Under the pieces are notes generated by a model. It was not told the DNA's origin, did no database searches, and saw nothing but the letters and a program-made list of their open reading frames with translations. This document shows positions 52,021 to 64,000 of a stretch of DNA of 64,000 bases, one piece after another. The DNA lies in NCBI RefSeq assembly GCF_009834535.1, contig NC_045697.1, forward strand, positions 106,952,001 through 107,016,000. Reading direction: 5' to 3'. Made by a program: the position numbers and the translations under genes. The stretch is from Camelus ferus. Lineage: Eukaryota. Each line of letters opens with the position of its first letter. Position 1 is the stretch's first letter.

Positions 52021-55000
52021 TAATATCTTTATTAATACCATAATTAAGGTAATCTCCACTAAAAAGAATGCTTATTAATCATTTCAGAAAATTTTTGGCT
52101 TATTTATGAACTAAAATATAGTATTTAAAAATAATCACAAAAGTTTATAGTCAAAAGAATGTTACAAACTGATCACAAAATAAATTCAAATATTCTAAGA
52201 TCCTGCTATAATCCCAGAACATCTGAAATTTCTTGTTCTTGTAAAATCTGGTAATATTAAGTCCATTATAAATGTTTATTGCACTTTAAAATTCTACACA
52301 TAGATGTTATCATTCTCAGACAATAATCATAATCTTTTTAAAAAACTTGAACAACTTACCTTTGTTTTTTAAAAAACATTTGCAGCAAGAACTGTCTGCT
52401 ATATAATTTCTAAAACTCTTTTAAGCTTGTAATAAGTGTATATGCTCTGAATAATGGCTAAGAATAGAAGAGCTTCAAATCTCAGGTTAAGGACTTAAAG
52501 AAAATAAAAAGTTAGATTAGAACTCATTAAGGATTCACTAAGATAGTCATTTAAAAATATGATTACACACTGAAACCAAATTCCTTTAACTCACTTTTGG
52601 ACACTTATTAATGATCCTATTACCAACCAGAGTAAAAATAATCCTGATTCTTAATTTTTGAGTGTTCCAAAATTCAGTGATAATCCTTCTGAGAAAATAG
52701 TTAATTTGAAAAGATTTTTTCTTTCTTCCTATTCATTATAAACTTATACATAATCATAAATAGCATAAGTTTCCCAAAAGGCTCTGAAGGCATTTAACAA
52801 ATTATTGTAAAACTTGAATAAATAAATCTTTTTTAATCCTCATTTTTCATATACAAGAAATATTTATATATTTTGCAAAAAGAATGCTATAACGATATGA
52901 TGACTTCGAACTAAAGTTCCAAAATCGTACTATTCAACTAAAGGTTTCTTCAGCAATATTAACATGGCCATGCTGCACATGTTACTTTTAGCTTCTTTTA
53001 TGTACAACAAACTGCATTCAATTGGTGAACAAATACAATGTTTAGTATCATATTTAAAACCACCATTCAAACCTTTTCTTAATGCTATTATCAGTTTTTC
53101 TTTTGCAACAATTTTGTGTATAAAAATAAAAGCACTGGATTTTTATTAGTGCTGCCCCTTCTTTGTTTTGCTCCACTCTGCAAAGCCCTTTTGGGACACT
53201 AAGCCTGCATTTACCATAATACGGATTAAACTTTCTTTGTCCCATTGCACAGCGTTTGTTAGCAGGTTAGTCTTTTTACATTTTTCACAGGCAGCCTGCA
53301 GCTTACCCTTTAGGCCTCACTCAAAATACTTCTGTGGATTTACAAAAATGCCAGAGTGGTCTTGGGGTTAATTGGAAGATAAGTGCAGCCTTTTACACAG
53401 AGACTCATTAAACATTTAGCCTTACCACAATCTACTATCCTTGGGAAAGAAAAGTTCTAGAGCGACTTTAGAAATAATAACATAGCGAAAGAGTTTTTTT
53501 TAATGACTACTGATTGTTTTATAGACTTGGAAATACCTGATTTAACTGCTCTAAAGATGGTATAATTTCCCTGGTCAATTCTTTATCTTGGGTATTATGT
53601 GTTGATCATAAATAAAAGTAACCCGATTGTCTAAAGCAACTAAAGGCAAAATCTTCCAAATTTATGTTGAGAGATTTGAAGTAAAAACTCAACTGACCTG
53701 CAATGACAGGTAATATGTATTTCTAACCAAAAAAAAAAAAAAAAAAATTAGTTCTGACATATATTTTGTTGATTTTGTCCAAGTGAATCACCATACTCAA
53801 CTATCTTCGTCTATTAGAGCCTAATGGAAATGAACTTAACCAAACAAAATTATACCTGCAAAATGATTTTAAAAACAAATTGTTTCTTTAATTTTGGAAA
53901 CATACAAATACATAATTACACACTTATAAATGAAATCTGAAGTATATTTATTGCAATTAGGTTATTTTTTTTTAATAATTATGCAAGGGAATTGTTATCC
54001 AGATTAACTTTTCCATCCTCTTACCTCCTTCCAACACTATCACTCACACTTAGAAAGAAAAAAAAGAAAAGAAAATGCAACAAAACACACAGACACTTGA
54101 AGTAAAGGATTAGACATATTTGCCCAAGATGCAGATAACAAAAGCAAAAGTGAAGAAAATTGAAGAGACAGCCAAACTTCAGCAACAAAATGGTTAAAGA
54201 ATCTGAAGCATTGTTCCCCTTATTTTCAAAGTCCGCTATACTGTGAACAGCGCAAACATCAGACAAGTTAAGATTACTGACCATTATCTCCTTAATTTTC
54301 TCCGCTTTCCCTCACATTCCCTCTTGCTATCTGGGCACCATTTTTCTAAAGCTTTATTTCTGCTAAGAAGTAAACTTTCCCTAATCCATCTATTATGGAA
54401 CCTTTAATTGGATTGGGAGCAGGGTGGTGTATAAAATAGCCCCTATTCACTCAAAAGGACTGTAGTTTTAGGGACTTAAAGGAGAAAGGTATTGTGAAAG
54501 AAAATCCTCAGGGAATCAAGGATTAAAATGTGGCTCTCTTAAATTCATCAACTCCAGAACACAAATGAATTGCTTCCTTAAACAGGTAACTTTCCCAATA
54601 AATGGCATAGCAAAATTAAAATTGAAATTTTACTCTGGGAAGAATAATGCATTTATAATAATAATTTTTGGCTTTATAAACAACTCACACTTCTTTTTTT
54701 CTTCAGCTTAACAATACCATGCCAAGGAACAAGTGGAATGCCTTAAACATACTCATTTATATTCTCCCTACTCGACATACATATTTTCCCTATTAGATGT
54801 CTAAGGAGAAAAGCAAAAACACATTTTTTGAACTCAGTTTCTGCCTATGGTCTGGAAGCAATGCTATGAGACAAGTTTGTTTCTAAGCAAAAATACACTT
54901 TGTTCTTACAGGGGATCAGATACAAAATAATCAGCTGTCACTCCTCTTCCCTTAACCAGCCATCCTCTTGGTCTGTTCCATACACATCCCACCTCCAAAT

Positions 55001-55459
55001 GTCCTTTGTTAGGCTCTAATACTTCTGCCCTTTGCCCCTCCACAATGCACTTCCAACCACCTGAGGTATCTTCAACAGTGAAATAGGGCCACAGTTGATA
55101 CCTACTTATTCACCTACTGAACCAAAGACACTTAATGTGCCAAACCTGATCTCTAAAGTAAAATGAAATCTAGAATGTACAAACCAACTTTAACCTCTCA
55201 AAAATACACATGCTGTTTATCAAAACAATGGGAAATTGTAAAAGAGAAATGTTAGGGGAGACCAAGATTCCAAATAAAGTTGATACTTTGTGTGGCCACT
55301 AGGCTTCATTAAAAGGAACTAAAAATACATCAATGTTGGTGATTTAATTAACAGTACTTCTGTAAACACTTTAATTTAATTTAAGAAATTTAGTTAATGT
55401 CAAGAAAACCTTCATAAAGTATCCCTTTTGTTTTGGAACCCTTGTATCACAACTTAATA

Positions 55460-55640
55460 ATAATCACACATTTATTGAACCCTTTCTAAGTGTCTGGCAC
55501 TGTGCTAACATTATTACAGGAATTATTTCATTTTATTATCTCAATAACCCAACAAGGAAGAGACTAGCAACTATTTCACACATATGAGAAAACTACACCT
55601 TAAAAAGTTCAATGAAATTGCCAAGGTTACACAGCTCCAA
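55460..55640 (-). mobile_element. MIR
   Basis: acatttattgaacc...ggcactgtgctaa...ttgccaaggttacacagct. Confidence 0.7.
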
Positions 55641-58600
55641 AGAAAGTCAGCAGTGGGAAAGCTCTCTTGTTACTGTATTGCAAATGTTTTGCAGCAGAAA
55701 AGAGACCAATTTTCCAAAAGTCAATCTGCCAAAAATAAATTTTCGCTTAAATTATCAAAGTCACCCATTTACCAATTATAAATGTCTAAAGAATATTGTT
55801 ATTGAATATATTTAATATGACTATATTTTTCAATTGAACATATTATTCCAAGATAAAATTAATAATCATATTTTTCCTAGCAACATTTCAAGAACTATTC
55901 AATTTTTAAAAACTGAGATCATAGGACTGTCCTGTCCTATTACAAACACAACTAAAATTTTAGTGTTTTAAGTGAATTTCTCACTAATTTCTCATTCTTT
56001 TCACATTCTTGTCTATTTTTCCAACATTTCACCATATTCAGGATAATTCTGTCCCCTTTACATATTTAAAAAGTATTATACTGGGTGAAAGTTGGTTTTA
56101 TAGGTTTAAAAATTTTGTGAAAATGTAACTGACCAGTTTTCATAACCACATTTTTTAAGGAACATCCTTTTGTCTGTCCCAGATCTCTACTGTTGAAGCT
56201 GAAGGAAGTCTTTTTTGGAGGTAAGATTCCTGAGACTAGTAAGAATGAGGGGTCACAGGTAGGTACTAAAAGGCAAGGTCAGAGAATAAAGATGAATCTT
56301 GGTCATCACAGGCCTCATAGGCCCTCTCAACCCATGCAACACATACTGTGTAAACAAAGAATAAAACTAGTTTGGGGTAATTTAGTACAGCAGAGAATTA
56401 GTTTGCAGCAAATTGGGCTAAGTTCCTAGCAAAATGTCATGCATATTAATACAGGTTAATACATGTATGTTGAATGACTATGGTAAAATCTTATGTAAGG
56501 CAAAACTTTAAGTATCATATTGTGATTTTTAAAAATATTCTTTCATTGTATTTTATATATGTTATGTATTTTTAAAATAACATGAGTACATGAATTCCAC
56601 TTTAGGAGTAGCTCAATTGTTCCATTTATGACACCCCAGAACATTATTCTGAAGGATTGTTGACTTTACTTTTTAAAAAAATAACCATGGGGAAGGGCCA
56701 GAAAAGGATTCAGAAAAATTAAAATCTACAACAACTGTCTCTGATAAAGTGATTTACTTGTTAAAATATATTTAGATTATAAAAGTAAGAAGTATTCACT
56801 ATTTTGGAAGCCCATTAAAGTTAAGAAATCAACTATTATTTCCCTCTTTGCCATTTTACTAACAGATACTTATGTTAGTATGTAAATCTCAGTGGTTACA
56901 ATGTAAATATCACAGTAAAGTGTAATGTATTTAATCATATTCCATGTGGATTTATGCTTCTTTACAACTTAAGTGAAGTTTCTACACATAGTGTTTAGTT
57001 TTAAATAGTTGGCTGAAAACTACAATGAGTTAAAAATTATCTTTCGGTTGGGTGTTCATTCACAATAAATTGTTTCTAGGGCATTGAATCATAACTTTGA
57101 GCCTTTCCTCATTGCTCAGTAAGAGGCAATTAACCTTATAAGGGAAGTAATTCTTTCACTGAAAGATTCTATCATTCATTTTCTTGGCGTCCCACAATGA
57201 GATCCCCCAGACTTTGTATAAGTTTGAATCTTCTATTATGTTATAAAATGTAAAACAAAATAAGTATGTAAACAAATACCTAAATGTATAAAACGTGTAT
57301 ATGGACAAATATATTTAACCAGAACACTATAAAAGAGACTGATAAAACTTTGAGGACAGAGCTGGATTCAAACATTAAGAATCTCATAAGTTATATGTCA
57401 GAGAGGCATTTTAAATTAGTAACAAAAATAAGGAATAAGTCTTAAGTATCAGAGAAGAGCTTAAACTAAACTTTTCTTTAGTAATATTACGGTCCCCCGC
57501 TCCCCAACCTGCCTAGTGAGTGTGCAGATATGCGCAGAAAGCAGGCGCAGGCTAGTGCACAGGCGCAGGCTTAAGGGTAGGCGACACAGAGATCAATGCT
57601 GCCTGGCCATTAAACTTTTTTTTCACATCATGCATACTCCTAGGAAGATGGAGTACTAAAGTAATTTGTGCCAAAATCTAAAGAAATGAAGTCAGACAGT
57701 TAAGAACATACCAGTCTCCACACTAATAATTATGTATCCTACAATTACAAATAAACAGATACATTGGCCAAAACCCCTAGAAAGATTCCTTAATTTTAAA
57801 AGAAGAAATTCCTATTTCTTTAACAATTAAGTTCATATTTATATAACTTCTACAGGAAGTTATCAAATTTTCCCCATTATCTGACTTGGTGGTGGCTGTA
57901 TTTTCAACATATTTGTGAAATGAATAACAGGATGTGTATAATAGAAAGCCAGGACCTTCTGACTGACTCCCAGCTGGTACCAAAGGAGAGAGAGATGTGT
58001 ACAAGAAAGGATGAGGAAGGGGTGTATTTTGACAAGATGTCATGGGCAGAACCAAAGAACCTACAACCATGGGTTTGGTGGGCAAAGGGAGGGGAACAAA
58101 AAGAGGACAGAATATAGGGGTGGGTAGATAGGGGCAGGCAGTTTGATTAAAGGGAGGTCCCCCACATCCCATTTTTAAAAAAAATAAATCTCGAAGAGTC
58201 AAATTACATGGCATTTCTGGTACTAAGCTGGAGCAAGGAAGCAAAACCCAGGAAGTAAGATCAGAAAGACAAGAGTTACTAAAATCAGGACAGAAATTGG
58301 AACTTAATAGTCTGCTAAGTGATTAGACCAGAAAGAATACTTCTACTTTTGCTTATTTTCTGCCCAAAAAAAAAAAAAAAAGTATTATAAGTATTGTAAG
58401 TATTATAAGCATCTAATTGAGACCAGAGATGAGAAATCCTTAAATGTTTCTAGCAAATGAAGAATGGTAAAAGGAAATTAACACAGAATCAATCATAACT
58501 AAAGAAGTATGAAATGACAGTGATGTTTCCTCTAACAAACTTCATAAACATATTTTATAAATATAGTAACAATAATCAAAAGGGCTTTTGCAGGTTCACG

Positions 58601-59985
58601 CCTGACTTCAGTCCACTGAACCTAAATTTTCCCATAATACGTTAAATTCTTCAAAAAATTCTACTACCAAGGAGTTTGTTTTTTTTTTTTAATGTAATCC
58701 TTTGTAAAAGGTAATGGTAACTCTTCTATGTAATGTTCATTGCCCCTTTAAAAACTAAATTCATTAGGGCAGTAAGCACAATGAGCTTTCTTTTCGTTAT
58801 AATCACTGTTTAAGAAAAATATTTACACAGTCATTTATTTTTTTTTGAATTGTTTTGAATGCCCACAATGTGAAAGATACCATTCTAGATACTGGAAATC
58901 CAGAAATGGACAACAAAAAGGTAGACAGTTGCATGGAGGAATATTTTACTAACCATTAGAGAAAAGTTAATCTAAATGTGCTATTTAAACCTATATTTTG
59001 AGAAGTAAGTATTTATTATTTATAGAAAAAAGGCCCAAAGAACCTTAAAATGCCTAGGGTTACCGTTTAAAGAAGGGGGGGAAATCTGAAAATCAGGGTG
59101 ACTATTATAAAATCCAACCTTACTCCTTCCTACCAGGCTTTCTGGTGAACTATTCAGTTGTTTATTTTAGAAGGAAGTAACACGGCATACACACATAAAT
59201 AATATGACAATGCCACTATCCACCCTCAAATTGTGTTCTGCTATTTACTTAAAACACTTTAGACCTTAAGATTCATATTCGAACCAACACATAACAAATC
59301 AAAGCTATACTCAGGTTTTGTGAAGATAACACACTTTTAGCTAATCCATACTCATAAATTAAACTAACACCTAGCTAGCTCATCAAATATAAACAATTAC
59401 AAACAACTGTATCTTAATATACAATTGGGATCTAAAAATATTCTAGCAAAATAAAATAAATTAAATTTTTATGGGACCTCAAAAGTAAATATGCAATCTA
59501 GTATGTTCAATACAAATAATAGAGTTATTTTTACAAATTTGTTCTAAATATGCAATAAACTAGTCATCTCTAAATGATGGTAAACAAACAAAAAACTTTG
59601 AGAATAAATCAAAGTATTTTAAATGGCTACACTATGTTTGATTTCAAATATATTAAAAAATGTTAAAATGTGACCAATGTCTAAAGCTTCCATGAGGAAT
59701 CAAATGATACCTATTTTCACTTACTATTTATGGTCTCAGTATTCAACAAAGCTGGCACATTAGTACATATTCAAAAACTTGTGGAATGAATGATTATATA
59801 TACTTATAAAGTATCTGAATAGCTTATTAACGTCTGCATTTACTTAAAAGTTCACTGCTAACTTTTATAGTAAATTTGAACCTTTTAACATCACAATTTC
59901 CCTATAAAATAAATTTTGCATTACTTATAAATTATAGAAACACTGTGAAAATGCAGATAAACCCATGATGCAGTTTGGAAATTTT

Positions 59986-60080
59986 AAGTGTTTATTTATT
60001 TTAATAGAGGTACTAGGGATTGAACCCAGGACCTTATGCATGCTAGGCCATGTGCTCTACCACTGAGCTATATCCTCCCC
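59986..60080 (-). mobile_element. tRNA-derived SINE (Vic-1-like) with TSD
   Basis: gaggtactagggattgaacccaggacc...ctctaccactgagctatatcctcccc. TSD cagtttggaaatttt (59971-59985) / cagtttggacatttt (60081-60095). Confidence 0.92.
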
Positions 60081-60329
60081 CAGTTTGGACATTTTGAAAG
60101 ACATCCTTGTCACCATACAAATGTAAGTTGTCTATACACTTAATAATGTTGTGGTATATAAATTGGATGATACTATCTGAAGTGTTCTTGAGATGTTTAT
60201 CAATGTCTTACCAATGTGGCATTCAAAACCCACAAATAAAATAAGACCCATATGCAAACTTTAAAAAAAATATGAAGCTAAACCAGAAGATGTCACAAAA
60301 ATAGGGGTTCCACGATTATCAAAGAGAGA

Positions 60330-62511
60330 CAACTGAAAGAATGTGTCATGAGCTATGTTGCACTCGGTGCCTGCATCTTGGTTTCTAACAGTCATCCTCA
60401 CTGAAAGGAATCATGTCTCTTCAGAGTAACAGCTGGTTCCAGGGCTGCAGGAAAGAAGGTACAAGATGAGCTACAAGATAAGCCTAGAAACTCTTGCTCT
60501 CTCATAAAGTCAGAAAGTGCCCAAGAAAATGAAGAGGCATGACCAAACTATGTAAGAACCAGCTTCTACTGGCCTAATATGGAATAACTTCAGCACTACA
60601 ATGATTATAAACATTAATGAATTACCACTGAAAATTAACAGAAATTCGTGAGTACACACCAATAATAAATAAATAAAACTGGGTGAGACAGAAGGATCTT
60701 ACGTTAAATTATAATGTCATTAATCAATATATAAGAACAGCTGATGTTGGAAAATGATCATTTTGTAACGATGGTTATAAAGACCGAAATAGGCAAGTTT
60801 AGTCAGATTACATTAGTTTTCCCCCAGTGTCATTTTTCTGTTCCAAGATACCATATGACATTTAGTCTTCAAGTCTCCTTAAGGCTCCTCTGGGCTGAAG
60901 CATTTTCTAAGACCTTCCTTATTTTTGATGATCTTAAAATCTATGAGGAGTAATGACCAGGCCATTTGTAGAATGTCCTTCAATTTGGGTTTGTCTGATA
61001 TTTTCATGGATTATGGGTTTTGAGGGAAAAACCATGGAGGTACAGTACCAGTCTCATCATATATCAGAGATACATGCTATCAACATGGCTTATCACTATA
61101 TTAACCTTATCACCTGGCTAAGGTATGTGTTTGACAGGTCTCCACTTCATACTGTACTCTTTGGAACCAAGTCACTAAGCACAGCCCCCACTTAATGGGT
61201 AGAGAGTTCTACTCCACTTTCTTTAGAAGGAAGGATCTACTAAATTAGTTGGGATTCTTCTGAAAGGCAGTATTGTCTCTTCTTTCCTATGTATTCAAGT
61301 ATTTATTGGTATCAGTATGGACTCATGGATTTTTTAAATACTTTTGGTTATAATCTAATACCAATTTATTGATTTTGTTTGTTCAAACTGTTCCAGCTTT
61401 GGCCATCGAGAGTTCTTTCGTTTGGCTCTGGGTCCCTCTGACATAACCCTTTCATTCTGTTTTGTGAGCACTCCCTTACTTTCTGGCACTCAATAAGCTC
61501 CAGGCTCATCTTGTACAGTCTTTGCCCCAACTGCAGGATTAGCCCTTTCTCTAAGGAGCCCTGCTTCCTTTCATTGGTGATTGGATTGGTATTAGAAACT
61601 AAGGTCTGGCATTGGATATGCTCATTGTTACTGGGGTGCCATTGCTTCTAGACTCTCTCAGTGGACACACTAAAAATATGTATGTGTATATACATATGCT
61701 AACTCATGTAGAGACACTTAACTATAAATTATTTCTGTATATATCCATTTGTAGCTATAATAAGCTAAACATGAAGTTCACAATGAAGTCTAAGAATCTA
61801 TCGTCTAGGACTACATGATTCTTTTAGCCTGCAGAGGGTAAATTTTGATAACAAGTAGGATACTTTCATAGTCTGACTACAGACTGTTTGATTAGGTGCA
61901 AAAGAGAAAATAATAAATATGCTGGAGCATATTGGACAACACCTTGAAGGGCTAATTAAAATTAATATCAGCACTGAAGGGCAGATGGACATTGTATGGC
62001 TCTGGAGGTGAAACTCTGAGAAAGACATGTAACTTATATTCCAACTAGATGCGTAATGTGAACTTAACCATAAAAAGTACATAAATTCAAATGAGGGTTA
62101 TTCTTTTTAAAAAGGGGGGGACTGTATTCTTCAAAACCATCAATGTCAGAAAAGACAAAGAAAGGGTGAAGAAATGTTTCAGATTAAAAGAGACTAAAGA
62201 AATTAAATGTAATAACTAATCATAGACTAGATCCTATACTGGAGGGAAAAAAATGTTTTAAAGGACATCACTTGGGCCAGTTGATGAAAATGAAGTATGA
62301 ATGGTAGGTAGACTGAAGTATTGTAACAATGCCAAGTTTCATAAATTTGATAATTATTGTGGCTATATAAATAAGATAATGTTCTTATTCCTAAGAAACA
62401 CATATTTAAGTATTTAGGGATAAAGGAGCATGATGTATACAAATGGTATAGGAAAAAAAAGTGTGTATTTAGATATACATACATAAGTATATACACACGT
62501 ACATATGTATG

Positions 62512-62552
<41 letters not shown>

Positions 62553-62610
62553 CAGGGAAGAATATGAATGAGCAAATGCTAAAACAAAAAGAGCAAAATG
62601 TTAAATATAG
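60330..62610. mobile_element. L1MC/MD-type 3' UTR mosaic: plus (about 60330-60800), minus (about 60810-61800), plus (about 61830-62610)
   Basis: ggtacaagatgagc on + at about 60460 versus gctcatcttgtac at about 61505. Also ctgtattcttcaaaaccatcaatgtcagaaaagacaaagaaag. Confidence 0.7.
62519..62551. repeat. (AT)n microsatellite
   Basis: Read directly, about 16 units. Confidence 0.95.
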
Positions 62611-63237
62611 GTCCTTTAAAAAGAACACGTTCTACATTTCATGTATGATAAAGATATGACATATATCTGACAAGATTAGGCCAACGTTAGTGAAACAGGC
62701 TTTGCAATGTTTTCCAGAAACAGTTATTTTCTGCTGTGATAAAAAGGACTTCTTTGGAAAAGGGTAAAGCTAACTGGCCAATATGGAAACTGACTTGTAA
62801 CTGCAATTTCATTAGTACCACTAGCTGATACGCATTTATAGAGTGTATACAAACACAACTCTGGCCCTTCTTTAAGGAGTTTCCCTAGTTCAACCACTAA
62901 GAACTCTAAACTGATACTCAGTAGAACAGCATATAGGTCTATCTATATTCATAACTCAAATCATTTGCAACTAAAAGAGTTACCATTAATAAGTGTTAAC
63001 TGAAACTATAATAACACTTTATAAAGAGTGATCCTCTACTTCAAATTACAACAATAAAATTTCTCCTGAAAATTTCGTCACAACTTTTGTATTTTGAATC
63101 TACTCTTAATATGATAAAACTACGTTACTCTGAAATCAGAGAACTATTCTAGATGAGAACTTTTTCAAAATAATGGAAGATTTAATAAAACTATATTCCT
63201 TTAGGTGGAAATATTTCTGAACCATAGTATGCTATTC

Positions 63238-63706
63238 TGGTAGGCAGAATTATGCTCCTTTCCAAAGATACACACATTCTAATCCCTGGAACCCATGAGT
63301 ATGCTGCCTTCCGCGGCAAAGAGGAGTTAAGGTTGCAGATGGAATTAGGTTATTCATCAGCTAATCTTAAAATAAGAAGGTTAACTTGTATTATTCAGTG
63401 CACCCAATGTAACTACAACCCTTCCAAGTGGAACAGTGTGGCAGAAGGGTAGCAGGCCAGAGTAATGTGACGTAAGAAGCACTCAACCTGTGATCCTTGT
63501 TTTTAAAGATGGAGTAAGGGGGCCACGAGCCAAAGGATGTGGGATGACTTTAGAAGCTGGAAAAGGTAAGGAAACAAATCCTTCCCCACAGTCTCTAGAA
63601 AGGAATGCAGTTCTGCCAACACCTTGATTTTAGCTCAGTGAGACACATACTGTTCAAGCCACTAAATTTGTAGTAATTTTTACAGCAGCAATACAAAACT
63701 ACTATG
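63238..63706 (+). mobile_element. MLT1C/D-like LTR
   Basis: tggtaggcagaat...ctaatccctggaacc...ctagaaaggaatgcagttctgccaacaccttgattttagctcagtgaga...aagccactaaatttgtagtaattt. Confidence 0.88.
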
Positions 63707-64000
63707 TATACTTTTCTTTTCTCCTATAGAATGTGTAATAAATATAATTTAATCTCTAAAATCAAAGAGAACCATTAAGGGAATCAATTACTGTTTTAAC
63801 AAACTATCTACCCCAACCTCTAAGCACACACATAGAAAATGACCACATCGATGCTTAGAATATAATACAGTTTTCATGTGATCTTTTGACAAAAATGTTC
63901 TACTATTATCTATTACTGCACTTCATTTACTGTAAATGGCTCTGCTCTCATTACTCTCCACATCACTGACTGTGCCTCGATCTGTACTGTTCTCTTTCCT

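Larger units (their letters stand above)
12930..64000 (-). other. LRBA: 3' part of a very large LRBA intron (over 51 kb in this window), probably the MAB21L2-hosting intron
   Basis: No LRBA-like coding sequence recognised upstream of the ILAYTEG exon. The assignment relies on recalled human LRBA/MAB21L2 architecture. Confidence 0.75.

Noticed and set aside
58380..58409. (AAGTATTAT)3 short tandem repeat
   Set aside because: Simple slippage next to a poly(A) run; there are no spacers, so it is not a CRISPR-like array.
12930..64000. MAB21L2 coding sequence inside the window
   Set aside because: No long single-exon non-L1 ORF and no CpG island are present.

Overview
AT-rich, CpG-poor mammalian genomic DNA, probably camelid (inferred from tRNA-Ala-like Vic-1-type SINEs and a cetartiodactyl-type L1). 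The window lies inside LRBA, transcribed on the minus strand. Three phase-compatible coding exons (12929-12812, 10662-10560, 379-264) encode the end of the PH domain and the start of the BEACH domain. From 12930 to 64000 I see no further LRBA exon. From recalled human gene structure, this is probably the giant intron that hosts the nested gene MAB21L2; MAB21L2 itself is not in the window and would lie to the right. The rest is old interspersed repeats (L1M, L2, MIR, MLT1/ERVL LTRs, hAT elements), one young 5'-truncated L1 with a perfect TSD, and repeat-free blocks with enhancer-like motifs. Repeat subfamily names and most repeat boundaries are by-eye estimates. I found no convincing new biological system. 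The best leads are candidate poison/micro-exons in the giant intron, candidate MAB21L2 enhancers, an RFX X-box, NRF1 sites and a (TGCA)7 palindrome, all untested.
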